DNA of 64,000 bases from Candidatus Methanomethylophilaceae archaeon (GTDB lineage Archaea; Thermoplasmatota; Thermoplasmata; Methanomassiliicoccales; Methanomethylophilaceae), in NCBI GenBank assembly GCA_050944155.1, contig JBMNQN010000005.1, forward strand, positions 26,398 through 90,397, given 5' to 3'. Shown piece after piece: positions 27,902 to 37,705 of the stretch. The notes under the pieces are model-generated. The model saw only the letters and a list, made by a program, of their open reading frames with translations, searched no databases and was not told where the DNA came from. Positions within the stretch are counted from its first letter, which is position 1; the number at the start of each line of letters is the position of its first letter. The position numbers and the translations under genes are program-made.

Positions 27902-28852
27902 ATGCCGGAAATACTCAGACCAGACCAGGTAAAGGTGAAATACGGCCCCATGTTCTGCCACGGTTTTTACACAATGGTGGACGAAGAAAACAATATGGCG
28001 CAGATAATCGAAGTGTGTTCTTCCAGAGGTCCGGCGGAGTGGGACATTGTCAACCGCCGCCGTACCGGAGGGATTCTGAAAGATTTGGAACTGGACGGGC
28101 ACATGATTATAATGAACACCGATATAGGCGAAAAAGAGCTTAATTTCGGGCCGGTGGCTGCGGGCATCGGAGGTCAGGGGCTGTCATTGCTCAGGGTCGA
28201 AGGCGACAGAGTAAGGACCAGGTGGAGGGGTCTTGCCGGCGCGTCCGTGGGAATAGGCGCATGCATACCCCAATGTCCCGACGTTATCGAAACCGTATAT
28301 CCCGACAATTTCAAGATAGGGGGCGCCAACTGCGCCGAAGTGGAGATAATCACCCCCAAGATGGTGCGTCTGGTAATCGGGATAGACGATACGGACAACA
28401 AGGAAAAAGGAGCGACCTGGGTCTTGGGAATGAAGCTGGGAAAAGCCTGCCCGTACGGCAAATTTATTCAGCACAAAATCATTCAGCTCAACCCGAAAGT
28501 TCCCAACAAAACCACCAACTGCTGCTCCACTGCCGTGTCCTTCGCGGTTACCGAAGAGGACATACCCAAACTGATAGAATTCGCCGTGGATTTTGTCAGA
28601 AAAGAATCTTATTCTGAGGGCGCAACCGTCACGGTGTTCAAGGGTCTGAAAATACCCAAAGCGCTGGCGGATTTCGGATGGGGCGCAAAATCCGTTCTGT
28701 ATACTCAGGAAGATGCGGTCAGAGTCGCATCGGAAAACGGAGTTCAGATAATTTCCGTGACCGGAACAAAAGGAGCAATAGGCGCCGTTGCGGCTATAGG
28801 CTGTTTCGATATGGGACTGCATTCCGCCGGAGTGCCGGAGGATTTTGAGTAA
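27902..28852 (+). CDS. Methanogenesis marker protein 11-like
   Basis: GLAGASVG, IGIDDTD..EKGATW, QLNP.VP.KTTNC, GAIGAVAA. Confidence 0.8.
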   Translation: MPEILRPDQVKVKYGPMFCHGFYTMVDEENNMAQIIEVCSSRGPAEWDIVNRRRTGGILKDLELDGHMIIMNTDIGEKELNFGPVAAGIGGQGLSLLRVEGDRVRTRWRGLAGASVGIGACIPQCPDVIETVYPDNFKIGGANCAEVEIITPKMVRLVIGIDDTDNKEKGATWVLGMKLGKACPYGKFIQHKIIQLNPKVPNKTTNCCSTAVSFAVTEEDIPKLIEFAVDFVRKESYSEGATVTVFKGLKIPKALADFGWGAKSVLYTQEDAVRVASENGVQIISVTGTKGAIGAVAAIGCFDMGLHSAGVPEDFE

Positions 28853-28856
28853 TTCC

Positions 28857-29633
28857 ATGTCCCTGTCCAGAATTTTGAGCAACAAGGCCTATTCGACTTA
28901 CGAATCCAGGCTCAAAAAGGAAGTCATCGACGGCCCAATTCCCAACCATATAGCCATAATCATGGACGGCAACAGAAGATATGCCGAAGAGAGGGGAGAA
29001 ACAGCCAAAGAAGGACACAATCTGGGCAAAGACAAACTGGAAGAGGTTCTGGATTGGTGCGTAGACACGGGCGTAAAGATACTGACCGTCTACGCGTTTT
29101 CGACGGAGAATTTCAAAAGAAGCCAGGACGAAGTGGACCACATAATGGGTCTTCTGAAAATGTCTCTGGTGGAGATGGCGGACAGTCAGAAAGTCAGAGA
29201 CAATCGGGTGCGCATAAAAGTGATGGGAGATATGGATATGCTCCCCGACGACGTGGTGGAAGCGATAAGATACTCCGAAGAAAAAACGAAAGACTATTCG
29301 GACTACTTTTTCAACATGGCCATAGCCTACGGCGGAAGGCAGGAAATCGTTTCCGCGGTGAAAAAAGTGGCACAGAAGGTTCTGGACGGCGAACTTGAGG
29401 TCGAAGACATCAACGAAGACACCTTTTCGTTCCATATGTACAACTCCGACATGCCGGATCCGGATCTGGTTCTCAGAACTTCCGGCGAAATCAGGATATC
29501 CAACTTCCTGCTGTGGCAGATGGCATATTCGGAACTGTACTTTACGGACGTATACTGGCCGGGATTCAGGTACATAGATTTTCTCAGGGCAATCAGAACA
29601 TACCAGCAGCGTGCAAGACGTTACGGTGAGTGA
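28857..29633 (+). CDS. uppS: cis-prenyltransferase (undecaprenyl/dolichyl diphosphate synthase)
   Basis: HIAIIMDGNRR, YAFSTENF, YGGRQEI, RTSGE.RISNFLLWQ. Confidence 0.95.
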   Translation: MSLSRILSNKAYSTYESRLKKEVIDGPIPNHIAIIMDGNRRYAEERGETAKEGHNLGKDKLEEVLDWCVDTGVKILTVYAFSTENFKRSQDEVDHIMGLLKMSLVEMADSQKVRDNRVRIKVMGDMDMLPDDVVEAIRYSEEKTKDYSDYFFNMAIAYGGRQEIVSAVKKVAQKVLDGELEVEDINEDTFSFHMYNSDMPDPDLVLRTSGEIRISNFLLWQMAYSELYFTDVYWPGFRYIDFLRAIRTYQQRARRYGE

Positions 29634-31369
29634 ACATGTCCCGTTACGACGCGGTGTTTCTGCATGCTCCGAGCGTGTACGATTTCAGAAAAAAGCCTAT
29701 TTTTTACGGACCTGTGAGCGACGTCATTCCCTCGTCGCCGGTGTTCGAAATGTATCCGATCGGGTTCATGACGCTGAGCGCCCATCTGGAAAGGGCGGGA
29801 TTCAGGACCAGAATTCTGAATCTTGCGGTAAGAATGCTCATGTCTGAAAAATACGACGCGGAAAAGGCGATATCCAAGCTTGATTCCGACGTGTTTTTCA
29901 TAGACCTCCATTGGATGCCCCATGCCCACGGTGCTTTGGAAATCGCAAAAACTGTAAAAAAATACCACCCGGACGCAAAAATCGAACTGGGCGGTTTCAC
30001 TTCTTCGTATTTCTGGGAAGAAATAATCCGGAGGCCGGAAATCGATTTCGTGATGAGAGGGGACTCCACGGAAATTCCCACGGTGGAACTGATGCGCACC
30101 CTGGAATCCGGGGGCGACCTTTCCGAAGTTCCCAACCTTGTGTGGAAAGATTCCGACGGAAGGATACACGCAAACGAAGTTTCCCATGTCCCGGACTCCC
30201 TCGACGACGTGATTTTCGATTACGGAACCATGATAAAGGGAACGATACGGAACATGGACATCAAAGGGGCGTTGCCATGGTCGGGATGGGATTCCGATCC
30301 GCTGACAATGGCGCTTTCGGTACGCGGATGTTCCCTGAACTGCGCCGAATGCGGAGGTTCCCGTTACGCAAACGGAAAAGTCGTGTGCAGGAAAAAACCC
30401 GCATTCAGAAGTCCCGAAAAACTTGCGGAAGATCTCGACCTGATTCAGAGTTACATGAGGGCTCCGATATTCATAGTGGGAGATCTGAGACAGAACGGGA
30501 AAGATTACGCGGAAAGATTCCTGAAATCGGTGAAGGAACGCAGAATAAAAAATCACGTGGTTGTCGAACTTTTCGACAGTGCCAGCGAGGATTATTTCAA
30601 GTCCTTGGACAGTACGTTCGAGGGCGGTTACACAATAGAATTTTCTCCCGATTCCCACGACGAGTCGGTAAGGTCCGCTCTCGGAAAAGGATACACCAAC
30701 GAAAGCATCGAAAAGACCGTGGTCAACGCGTTCCGCAGCGGATGCGAGCGTTTCGATCTGTTCTACATGACAGGCCTCCCCTTCCAGTCCAGAGACTCCG
30801 CGCTCGAAAGTGCCAGAGCATCAAAAAAACTGTGGTCTCTCGTGGACATGGACGACCCGCTTCTCATATACAATTCCCCGTTTTCGCCCTTCGTGGATCC
30901 CGGGAGCAGGGCCTTCGAAAATCCTGAAAAATGGGGATACAAATTTTATGCCAGAACGCTGGAGGAACACCGCGCTCTGCTGGACAGTCCCTCGTGGAAG
31001 CTGACTCTTTCTTACGAAACCGACCTGATGACCAGAGACGATATAGCCGAAACTTCGTACGACGCGGCCAAAATACTTGCCGGATGCGAATACGAAGCGG
31101 GCAGAATTTCCGAGACGCAGTACGAAAGAAGAAACGAGCGTACGGAAACGGCCCGCGCTCTGATGCACGAAGTGGACGCCATCATGGCCGTCGAAAACCG
31201 GGAAGAAAGAGAGGCGGAACTGTGGAACATCCGGGAAAAAGGAAGACGCATCATGGATTCCACGGTATGCGAGAAATCGGACCTGAGCTGGAATGCGAAA
31301 CCCGTTTGGACGGATACGTTCAGAATTGCGAAGAGACTTATTTTCCCCCTCGGAAGGAAAACCCCCTAA
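29630..31369 (+). CDS. B12-binding-domain radical SAM protein (resembles the Ta0216/TIGR04190 type)
   Basis: N-terminal cobalamin-binding region (YPIG...LHW...GG), then RGCSLNCAECGG (CxxxCxxC) and GLP.Q. Confidence 0.85.
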   Translation: MNMSRYDAVFLHAPSVYDFRKKPIFYGPVSDVIPSSPVFEMYPIGFMTLSAHLERAGFRTRILNLAVRMLMSEKYDAEKAISKLDSDVFFIDLHWMPHAHGALEIAKTVKKYHPDAKIELGGFTSSYFWEEIIRRPEIDFVMRGDSTEIPTVELMRTLESGGDLSEVPNLVWKDSDGRIHANEVSHVPDSLDDVIFDYGTMIKGTIRNMDIKGALPWSGWDSDPLTMALSVRGCSLNCAECGGSRYANGKVVCRKKPAFRSPEKLAEDLDLIQSYMRAPIFIVGDLRQNGKDYAERFLKSVKERRIKNHVVVELFDSASEDYFKSLDSTFEGGYTIEFSPDSHDESVRSALGKGYTNESIEKTVVNAFRSGCERFDLFYMTGLPFQSRDSALESARASKKLWSLVDMDDPLLIYNSPFSPFVDPGSRAFENPEKWGYKFYARTLEEHRALLDSPSWKLTLSYETDLMTRDDIAETSYDAAKILAGCEYEAGRISETQYERRNERTETARALMHEVDAIMAVENREEREAELWNIREKGRRIMDSTVCEKSDLSWNAKPVWTDTFRIAKRLIFPLGRKTP

Positions 31370-31404
31370 GGTATCATATTAGGTAAAAGAAACTCGCGCG
31401 AGGG

Positions 31405-32211
31405 TTACTCTCCGCTCATTTTCCTGGATTTTATGATGCTTGCCTCGGTAGCTTCCGTCAGTTTTTCCATAGCATCCGAGTTCTGAAGTACTTTTACTCC
31501 TTCGATTGTGGTTCCTCCGGGGGAACATACTCCGTCTTTCAGTTCTTCGGGAGATTTTCCGGTTTCCAGAATCATTTTCGCGGCTCCCAGCATAGACTGT
31601 GCCGCCAGTTTCAGAGATATGTCTTCGGGAATCCCGTTCTTTACACCGGCTTCGGCCACCGCGTCCGCGACCATGTACATGAACGCGGGAGAGCTGCCGG
31701 ATATTCCCGTAACGGCATCCAGATCGCTTTCTTTCACTTCTACGGCCAGACCCGTTGCGGAAAGAACCGCATGTACCTTCCTTACGTCCGCGTCACCGGC
31801 TTTTGAGCCTCTGGAATAGCCTGCGGCACCCTCTCCGACAAGGCAGCAATGATTGGGCATAACTCGCACAATTTTTACATCTGGCACATACGCCTCCAAA
31901 GTGCTTATTTTCAGCCCTGCAACGATGCTCATGAGCAGGTGGGAAGGTCCGAATTTAAGTCCTTTCTCGGCAAAAAGTCCGGGAATCTGAGAGGGTTTTA
32001 CGGCGATGACGACGAAATCCGTAACATTGGCAACTTCCGCGGCGGTTTCGTAAGTCTTTATTCCGAATTCCTCGGAAATTCTTTTTCTTGTTTCGGAACT
32101 CGGAGCGGCGGCGGCGATTTCGTCGTTTTTGCAAAGTCCTTTGGAAATTATCCCTCCGATCAAAGCCGAAGCCATTCTGCCGGCACCTATGAACCCGATT
32201 TTTACACTCAT
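31405..32211 (-). CDS. proC: Pyrroline-5-carboxylate reductase
   Basis: GFIGAGRM, AVKP, RVMPN, SGSSPAF, VCSPGGTT. Confidence 0.95.
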   Translation of the reverse strand: MSVKIGFIGAGRMASALIGGIISKGLCKNDEIAAAAPSSETRKRISEEFGIKTYETAAEVANVTDFVVIAVKPSQIPGLFAEKGLKFGPSHLLMSIVAGLKISTLEAYVPDVKIVRVMPNHCCLVGEGAAGYSRGSKAGDADVRKVHAVLSATGLAVEVKESDLDAVTGISGSSPAFMYMVADAVAEAGVKNGIPEDISLKLAAQSMLGAAKMILETGKSPEELKDGVCSPGGTTIEGVKVLQNSDAMEKLTEATEASIIKSRKMSGE

Positions 32212-32255
32212 TTTAACCGTAATCCGTATTGCGGACCTCGTTTATAACCTGTTCC

Positions 32256-32272
32256 CGCGCGCGTCGCGCGCG
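32256..32272. repeat. (CG)4-T-(CG)4 palindrome between the divergent proC and fpo promoters
   Basis: CGCGCGCG T CGCGCGCG read directly; flanked by TTATAA (32242-47) and TTATATA (32294-300). Confidence 0.8.
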
Positions 32273-32293
32273 TCCCGTTCTCCGGCTTAACCG

Positions 32294-32300
32294 TTATATA
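32294..32300 (+). promoter_or_regulatory. TATA box of the fpo operon (fpoA probably leaderless)
   Basis: TTATATA about 25 nt upstream of ATG 32325; no RBS. Confidence 0.55.
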
Positions 32301-32324
32301 CTTTTAAGGCATCGACTGCCCTCA

Positions 32325-32687
32325 ATGTCACTCGTTACGTACTACATTCCGCTGGTAGTGCTTGCCGCAGTATGTCTAGGGTTTGCACCGTTGGCGTGGC
32401 TGGTGTCGAGGTATATCAGACCTACGAAAACAACATCCTGGATGGAGTCAACTTATGAGTGCGGGACGGAACCGATTGGAGATGCACATGTTCAGTTCAG
32501 GTTCCAACACTACGCCTTTGCAATCATTTTCATCATTTTCGACCTTGTTGTGACGTTCTTGATGGTATGGGTGCTGGCGTTTTCCGGTTTCTCGACCGCA
32601 GCCCGCCTCTGGATGCTCATCTTCATGGGTGTAATGTTGCTGGGAGTCGCCTACGCGCTCAAGAAGGAGGAAAAAATATGGATATGA
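32325..32687 (+). CDS. fpoA: Fpo/complex I-like subunit A
   Basis: YECG, FAIIFIIFD, 3 TM helices. Confidence 0.92.
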   Translation: MSLVTYYIPLVVLAAVCLGFAPLAWLVSRYIRPTKTTSWMESTYECGTEPIGDAHVQFRFQHYAFAIIFIIFDLVVTFLMVWVLAFSGFSTAARLWMLIFMGVMLLGVAYALKKEEKIWI

Positions 32688-33241
32688 GTCTCTACCCCCA
32701 CGCGGTAGCCATGAGCGCCGAGGAGTTTATGGATTGGTCTACGGCCATCATAAACGATCTTCTCAGCGCAGGAACCAAACGAACCGTAGACAAACTCACC
32801 GGACCTATCTGGACCTGGGCTATGAAGAACTCCATGCACCCCCTTCACTGGGGCCTTGCGTGCTGTGCTCTGGAAATGGCATCGGCCTCCGCGTCGAGAC
32901 ACGACGCCGAACGTCTGGGTATTATTTACCGTTCTTCTCCGAGACAGACCGATATCCTTCTTATCAACGGCTGGATTTCAAAGAAAGTCCGCCCCTCCAT
33001 AAGGCGTCTCTACGAACAGATGCCCAACCCCAAGTGGGTCGTGGCCATGGGAGAATGCGCCATATCCGGTGGACCTTGGTTCGATTCTTATAACTGCGTA
33101 CAGGGAACCGATCAGATTGTTCCGGTGGACCTTTTCATCCCCGGATGCCCCGTGAAGCCCGACGCGATGATTGACGGATTCATGCTTCTTCAGAAGAAAA
33201 TCGGAGACTACTTCCAGAGAGGAGTATTCATGGAGGACTGA
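32678..33241 (+). CDS. fpoB: Fpo subunit B
   Basis: LACCALEM, SPRQ, MGECA..GG, IPGCP. Confidence 0.94.
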   Translation: MDMSLYPHAVAMSAEEFMDWSTAIINDLLSAGTKRTVDKLTGPIWTWAMKNSMHPLHWGLACCALEMASASASRHDAERLGIIYRSSPRQTDILLINGWISKKVRPSIRRLYEQMPNPKWVVAMGECAISGGPWFDSYNCVQGTDQIVPVDLFIPGCPVKPDAMIDGFMLLQKKIGDYFQRGVFMED

Positions 33242-33243
33242 AA

Positions 33244-33717
33244 ATGGATACGGAAGCCATTTATCAGCAACCTACCGTGGGAGAAATCCAGACCCTCCTG
33301 GAATCCAAATTCCCCGGTGTCAAAGTTTACAAAACAGAAACCAGACGCATATACGCGGAACTGGCGGATAAAAAAGACGTTTTCGACGTGTGCAACTACA
33401 TACACGACAACCTGACCTTCGAACACTGCTCGGTGGTCATGGGTGCGGACATGGGCGACCATCTCGAAGTCATCTACCTTCTCACCAATTATTACAGCGG
33501 AACGGTGATAGAGCTGGATGTAAAACTTCCTATGGACGACCTTCACGTAAGCACCGTGTCGTACATATGGGAAGGAGCCAACTGGCACGAGAGGGAAACA
33601 TACGAACTGTTCGGAATCATTTTCGACGGACACCCCAAGCTCGAAAGGCTGCTCACGCCGGATACTTATAACTTCTTCCCTTTCAGAAAATCTTACAAGC
33701 TAAGGGGGCAGGAATGA
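33244..33717 (+). CDS. fpoC: Fpo subunit C
   Basis: ANWHERETYELFGIIFDGHP.L.RLL. Confidence 0.93.
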   Translation: MDTEAIYQQPTVGEIQTLLESKFPGVKVYKTETRRIYAELADKKDVFDVCNYIHDNLTFEHCSVVMGADMGDHLEVIYLLTNYYSGTVIELDVKLPMDDLHVSTVSYIWEGANWHERETYELFGIIFDGHPKLERLLTPDTYNFFPFRKSYKLRGQE

Positions 33718-33718
33718 A

Positions 33719-34885
33719 ATGGTCGTACCCAACACGATTGACACTTTCGACGTACCTCCCGAACTGAAACCCGGCGAAAAGAGAATGGAAACGGACTCCA
33801 TGTGGATTTACATGGGTCCCCAGCACCCCTTCTCCCACGGACTGTGGACTCTTAAAGTCAAAGTCGACGGAGAAGTGGTCACGGATGCGGAGGCGATTAT
33901 AGGATATCTCCACCGCGGATGGGAGAAAGAAACCGAGAACAGAACATACCCCAGGATTATCCCTATGGCAGACCGTCTCTGCTATTCGGCTTCCATGACT
34001 TATACCCACCTTTACTGCATGACGGTGGAGAAAGCTCTGGGTATAGACATTCCGGAGAAGGCCAAGTACATCAGAATCGTCGCCGACGAGATCTGCCGCA
34101 TTCAGTCCCACCTTATGTGGCTGGCGGCGGTGGGAACCGACCTCGGAAACCTTACCATCTTCCTTTGGGGAATGAGGGAAAGGGAATTCTGGCTGGATCT
34201 CAACGTAAGACTCTGCGGTCAGAGGATGACCACCAACTATACCCGTATAGGCGGTGTGAGAAACGATACCACGGAACTTTTCGACAGGGACGTCATGAGA
34301 TGTACCGAGCGCTTCGAAAAGAGACTCTGGGACTTCGTGGGAATGATTGATGACAGCGCCGCTTTCGTGGGCAGGATGAAAGGCATAAGCTACATGACCC
34401 GCGAGCAGTGCGCCAACCTGGGAATAACCGGGCCGGCCATGAGAGGCTGCGGACTCGATTTCGATGCCCGTCGCGACGATCCTTACGACAACTACGACAA
34501 AATCGATTTCGAAGTTCCCGTGCTTACAACCGGGGACACCTATGCCAGGTACATGATAAGAATCGAAGAGATGTTCCAGTCCTGCGAAATAATAAGACAG
34601 GCCGTCCGCAAAATCAGGGCTCTCGGCAAGAACGCCCCCTACAGGGTCAAGGTACCTTCCAAAGTACCTGCCGGCAGAGCGTTCACGAGACTCGAGGACC
34701 CCCGCGGAGAGTCCATAATGTATCTGATTTCCGACGGAACCGACAAACCCTACAGACTGAAGGTCCGTGCGCCTCTGTTCACGAACATAAGCGCATCCAG
34801 GCCCATGGTTCAGGGTATCAAAGTTGCGGACGTCCCCGCCGTCATGGCGATGATTGACGTCTGCATGGGAGAAACGGACAGGTGA
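33719..34885 (+). CDS. fpoD: Fpo subunit D
   Basis: GPQHPFSHG, GYLHRG.EK, DRLCY, RIGGV, EDPRGE; no NiFe CxxC pairs. Confidence 0.94.
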   Translation: MVVPNTIDTFDVPPELKPGEKRMETDSMWIYMGPQHPFSHGLWTLKVKVDGEVVTDAEAIIGYLHRGWEKETENRTYPRIIPMADRLCYSASMTYTHLYCMTVEKALGIDIPEKAKYIRIVADEICRIQSHLMWLAAVGTDLGNLTIFLWGMREREFWLDLNVRLCGQRMTTNYTRIGGVRNDTTELFDRDVMRCTERFEKRLWDFVGMIDDSAAFVGRMKGISYMTREQCANLGITGPAMRGCGLDFDARRDDPYDNYDKIDFEVPVLTTGDTYARYMIRIEEMFQSCEIIRQAVRKIRALGKNAPYRVKVPSKVPAGRAFTRLEDPRGESIMYLISDGTDKPYRLKVRAPLFTNISASRPMVQGIKVADVPAVMAMIDVCMGETDR

Positions 34886-34889
34886 TATC

Positions 34890-36059
34890 ATGGGATTGAA
34901 AGACTGGATTACATTTACGGACCCCCTGTCAAACCCGTACTATCCTTACGGGGACACATACAACATAGGTTACGACCTCTGTTACAAAATTTGGGAAATA
35001 CTCGGAGGATTCGTAGCCTGGCTCTTCAATTTGCTGTTCCCGGGCAACGGATTTTCCACGTTCCTCGTGTCAGACGAAGTGGTCAACGCGTTTGCGATAA
35101 TTCTGTTCGCACTCGTTGTGTTCCTCGTCATATTTACCGGTGTTCTGATTTCTTTGTGGCAGGAACGTAAGTTCCTGGGAAGGTTTATGGACAGAAGGGG
35201 AACCATGATAGGTATGAAGGGTTTCCTTCAGTGCGTCGCCGACGGTTTCAAAACCTTCATGAAAGAAAACACCCTGCCCCGCAAGATTGACAAGATGACC
35301 TACATGTGGACGGTCACCCTGATTGTAGGAACGTCCGTTCTGGTGGCAACCATGCTGCCTCTGTCCGATCGTTTCTTCATAGTCAACTACGACTCGGGTC
35401 TGCTTATCGTGATGGCGATTTACGCGCTGGCACCTTTCTTCATACTTGTTTCGGGCTGGGCTCAGAACAACAAATATTCGCTTATAGGCGGAATGAGAGC
35501 CGCGCAGTCGATGATTGCTTACGAAATACCCATGCTGATAACCGTGTGTTCCGTGGCTCTCCTCGCCGGCAGTTTCAACATAGGAGAAATAGTGGCGGCT
35601 CAGAACGAGACCACCTGGTACATTATCCCGCTGGCACTCGGATTCATAGTGTTCTTTACATGTTCTCTTGCTGAATCCGAACGTTCTCCTTTCGACCTCG
35701 CGGAAGCAGAATCCGAATTGGTCGAAGGATGGCAGACGGAATACGCGGGAATGAAATGGGGACTCATAATGCTGGGAGACTATCTCAGAGGATTCGCGTC
35801 CTGTGCGATGCTGTCCATACTGTTCCTGGGAGGATGGAACATAGCTCCGTTCCTTTCCGACGAAGTCAACGCATTCTTCCCCGAAATAATACAGCTGCTT
35901 AAGGGATGGATTATGTTCGGACTCATGATCTGGGTCAGAGCCGCTCTCCCCCGTGTCAGAATCGATCAGATTCTCAACCTGGGATGGAAGGTCCTCATGC
36001 CGCTGTCCGTGGTTAACCTGGTGATAGCCGTTCTGCTCGTGAATGGAGGCGTGTTCTGA
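34890..36059 (+). CDS. fpoH: Fpo subunit H
   Basis: ERK, ADGFK...KE, KYSLIGG.R, RSPFDL.EAESELV.G, PRVRIDQ. Confidence 0.94.
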   Translation: MGLKDWITFTDPLSNPYYPYGDTYNIGYDLCYKIWEILGGFVAWLFNLLFPGNGFSTFLVSDEVVNAFAIILFALVVFLVIFTGVLISLWQERKFLGRFMDRRGTMIGMKGFLQCVADGFKTFMKENTLPRKIDKMTYMWTVTLIVGTSVLVATMLPLSDRFFIVNYDSGLLIVMAIYALAPFFILVSGWAQNNKYSLIGGMRAAQSMIAYEIPMLITVCSVALLAGSFNIGEIVAAQNETTWYIIPLALGFIVFFTCSLAESERSPFDLAEAESELVEGWQTEYAGMKWGLIMLGDYLRGFASCAMLSILFLGGWNIAPFLSDEVNAFFPEIIQLLKGWIMFGLMIWVRAALPRVRIDQILNLGWKVLMPLSVVNLVIAVLLVNGGVF

Positions 36060-36799
36060 TGGCACTGAAATATCTCGACAAATATCCTAAAAATCCCGCC
36101 AGGAAACTGTGGGTTCTCAAGCCTATGTGGGTATCGATAAAACTGTTCTTCAAGACGGTGTTCCACAGGCCTGTGACCATTCTGTATCCTTACGAGAAGG
36201 AATGGATTCCCGACAACTACCGCGGACGTCCCGGACTCAGGTTCGACATGTGCGTCGGCTGCGGAGTGTGCGTCAGAATGTGCCCCACGGACTGCATAAA
36301 GCTCGTGGAAGTTGACGACGACAACGGAAAGAAAGTGATGAGGCCCCAGATATTCGTCGGAAGATGCGCGTTCTGCGGCTACTGTTCCGAATACTGTCCC
36401 ACCAACGCCATGACGGTCACTCCGGAATACGAGCTTGCGGAGCTGTTCAAGAAGGACATGATATACGATCCCCGCAGGCTGCACTTCGAAGACACCACTC
36501 CCGGAATGGAAGTACACCTGGAGATGACCCTCCAGTCCGACATCGATGCGGGCAACCCCGACAAGAGGGTAAAGCCCTACGAAGTCGACTACCCGGTCGT
36601 CGACGAAGATCTGTGCATCGGATGCAAAAAGTGCCAGAGAGTATGTCCGGTGGACGCCGTAGAGATGGTGGAAAAAGGTGTGAACGCCAAAGGGAGACCC
36701 AAGCTGGTGCCCGTGTTCGACATCGAGAAGTGTATAGTCTGCAACAACTGCGTAATAGACTGTCCCAAATCCGTGATTCACATAGAGGAGGTGCTCTGA
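36059..36799 (+). CDS. fpoI: Fpo subunit I with an extra C-terminal 2x[4Fe-4S] domain
   Basis: TILYPYE, YRGR and four CxxCxxCxxxCP motifs. Confidence 0.92.
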   Translation: MALKYLDKYPKNPARKLWVLKPMWVSIKLFFKTVFHRPVTILYPYEKEWIPDNYRGRPGLRFDMCVGCGVCVRMCPTDCIKLVEVDDDNGKKVMRPQIFVGRCAFCGYCSEYCPTNAMTVTPEYELAELFKKDMIYDPRRLHFEDTTPGMEVHLEMTLQSDIDAGNPDKRVKPYEVDYPVVDEDLCIGCKKCQRVCPVDAVEMVEKGVNAKGRPKLVPVFDIEKCIVCNNCVIDCPKSVIHIEEVL

Positions 36800-37132
36800 G
36801 TGTCGGTTATAGGAAATGCATGGAACGAGTTCGTAAACTATCTGCAGTACCTCTGCGACAACGTGGATCTGATTATCTTCCTGGCCATAGCGGCCATAGG
36901 GATAACCGCCGCGCTGTTCGTCGTAATAGACAAGGAAGCGATGCACAGCGCGTTCTACCTTGCGCTGACGTTCGTCATGGTTGCCGTGGTCTTCATAATT
37001 CTGGAGGCGGAATTCATGGCAATCGTGCAGATGTTCGTTTACGTCGGTGCGATAACGATACTCTTCGCGTTCAGCATCATGCTGACCAGAAGATACATCA
37101 TGAAATCGGGAGGCGATAACGATGATGAGTAA
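36800..37132 (+). CDS. fpoJ: Fpo subunit J, N-terminal part (J1)
   Basis: HSAFYL, AEF, QMFVYVGAI. Confidence 0.88.
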   Translation: MSVIGNAWNEFVNYLQYLCDNVDLIIFLAIAAIGITAALFVVIDKEAMHSAFYLALTFVMVAVVFIILEAEFMAIVQMFVYVGAITILFAFSIMLTRRYIMKSGGDNDDE

Positions 37133-37415
37133 GAGAAAGATCATAGGAATCGCGACGGCCGTTCTGGTCCTCGCGATTCTCACCCTCGCGATATTCGTGA
37201 CGGGATGGGGAGACATAGTCGCATACAGCGGCCCGGTGTCCCTTCCCACGTTCAAACCCATGGTCGGAGGCGCCCTCTTGGAGGGGTCTCTGTCGTACGT
37301 GGTCTTCGAGGTTTACGGCCCTATTGTGGCTCTGCTCTCGACGATTATGTTCGGGGCCATGATAGGTGCCATATGTGTGGCAAAAGAGGAGGTCGATGAC
37401 GATGATTCCGATTGA
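37122..37415 (+). CDS. Fpo subunit J, C-terminal part (J2)
   Basis: FEVYG...LL...AMIGAI, matching the last NuoJ helix. Confidence 0.78.
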   Translation: MMSKRKIIGIATAVLVLAILTLAIFVTGWGDIVAYSGPVSLPTFKPMVGGALLEGSLSYVVFEVYGPIVALLSTIMFGAMIGAICVAKEEVDDDDSD

Positions 37416-37704
37416 GTACATACTCATGTTCTCGGCTATCCTGTTCGTGATAGGCATATACGGCATAATGACGAAAAACAACGCAATCATTGTGCTCATG
37501 TGCATAGAACTTGTGCTGAACGCGGCAAACATCAACTTTGTTGCGTTTGCGGCATACAATGCGGCAATCATGGGTCAGGTTTTCGTACTGTTTACCGTGG
37601 CGGTGGCTGCCTCCGAAGTTGCGGTGGGAATAGCCATTCTGCTTAACGTTTACAAACTGAAGAAAACGACCGTGATAGACGATCTGACGGAATTGAGGTG
37701 GTAA
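37396..37704 (+). CDS. fpoK: Fpo subunit K
   Basis: IGIYG, CIELVLNA, VAASEVAVG. Confidence 0.92.
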   Translation: MTMIPIEYILMFSAILFVIGIYGIMTKNNAIIVLMCIELVLNAANINFVAFAAYNAAIMGQVFVLFTVAVAASEVAVGIAILLNVYKLKKTTVIDDLTELRW

Positions 37705-37705
37705 A

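Noticed and set aside
36800-37415. Split fpoJ as a possible frameshift or pseudogene
   Set aside because: Each half has its own RBS and start, and a split J subunit is known in archaeal Fpo/Nuo operons.
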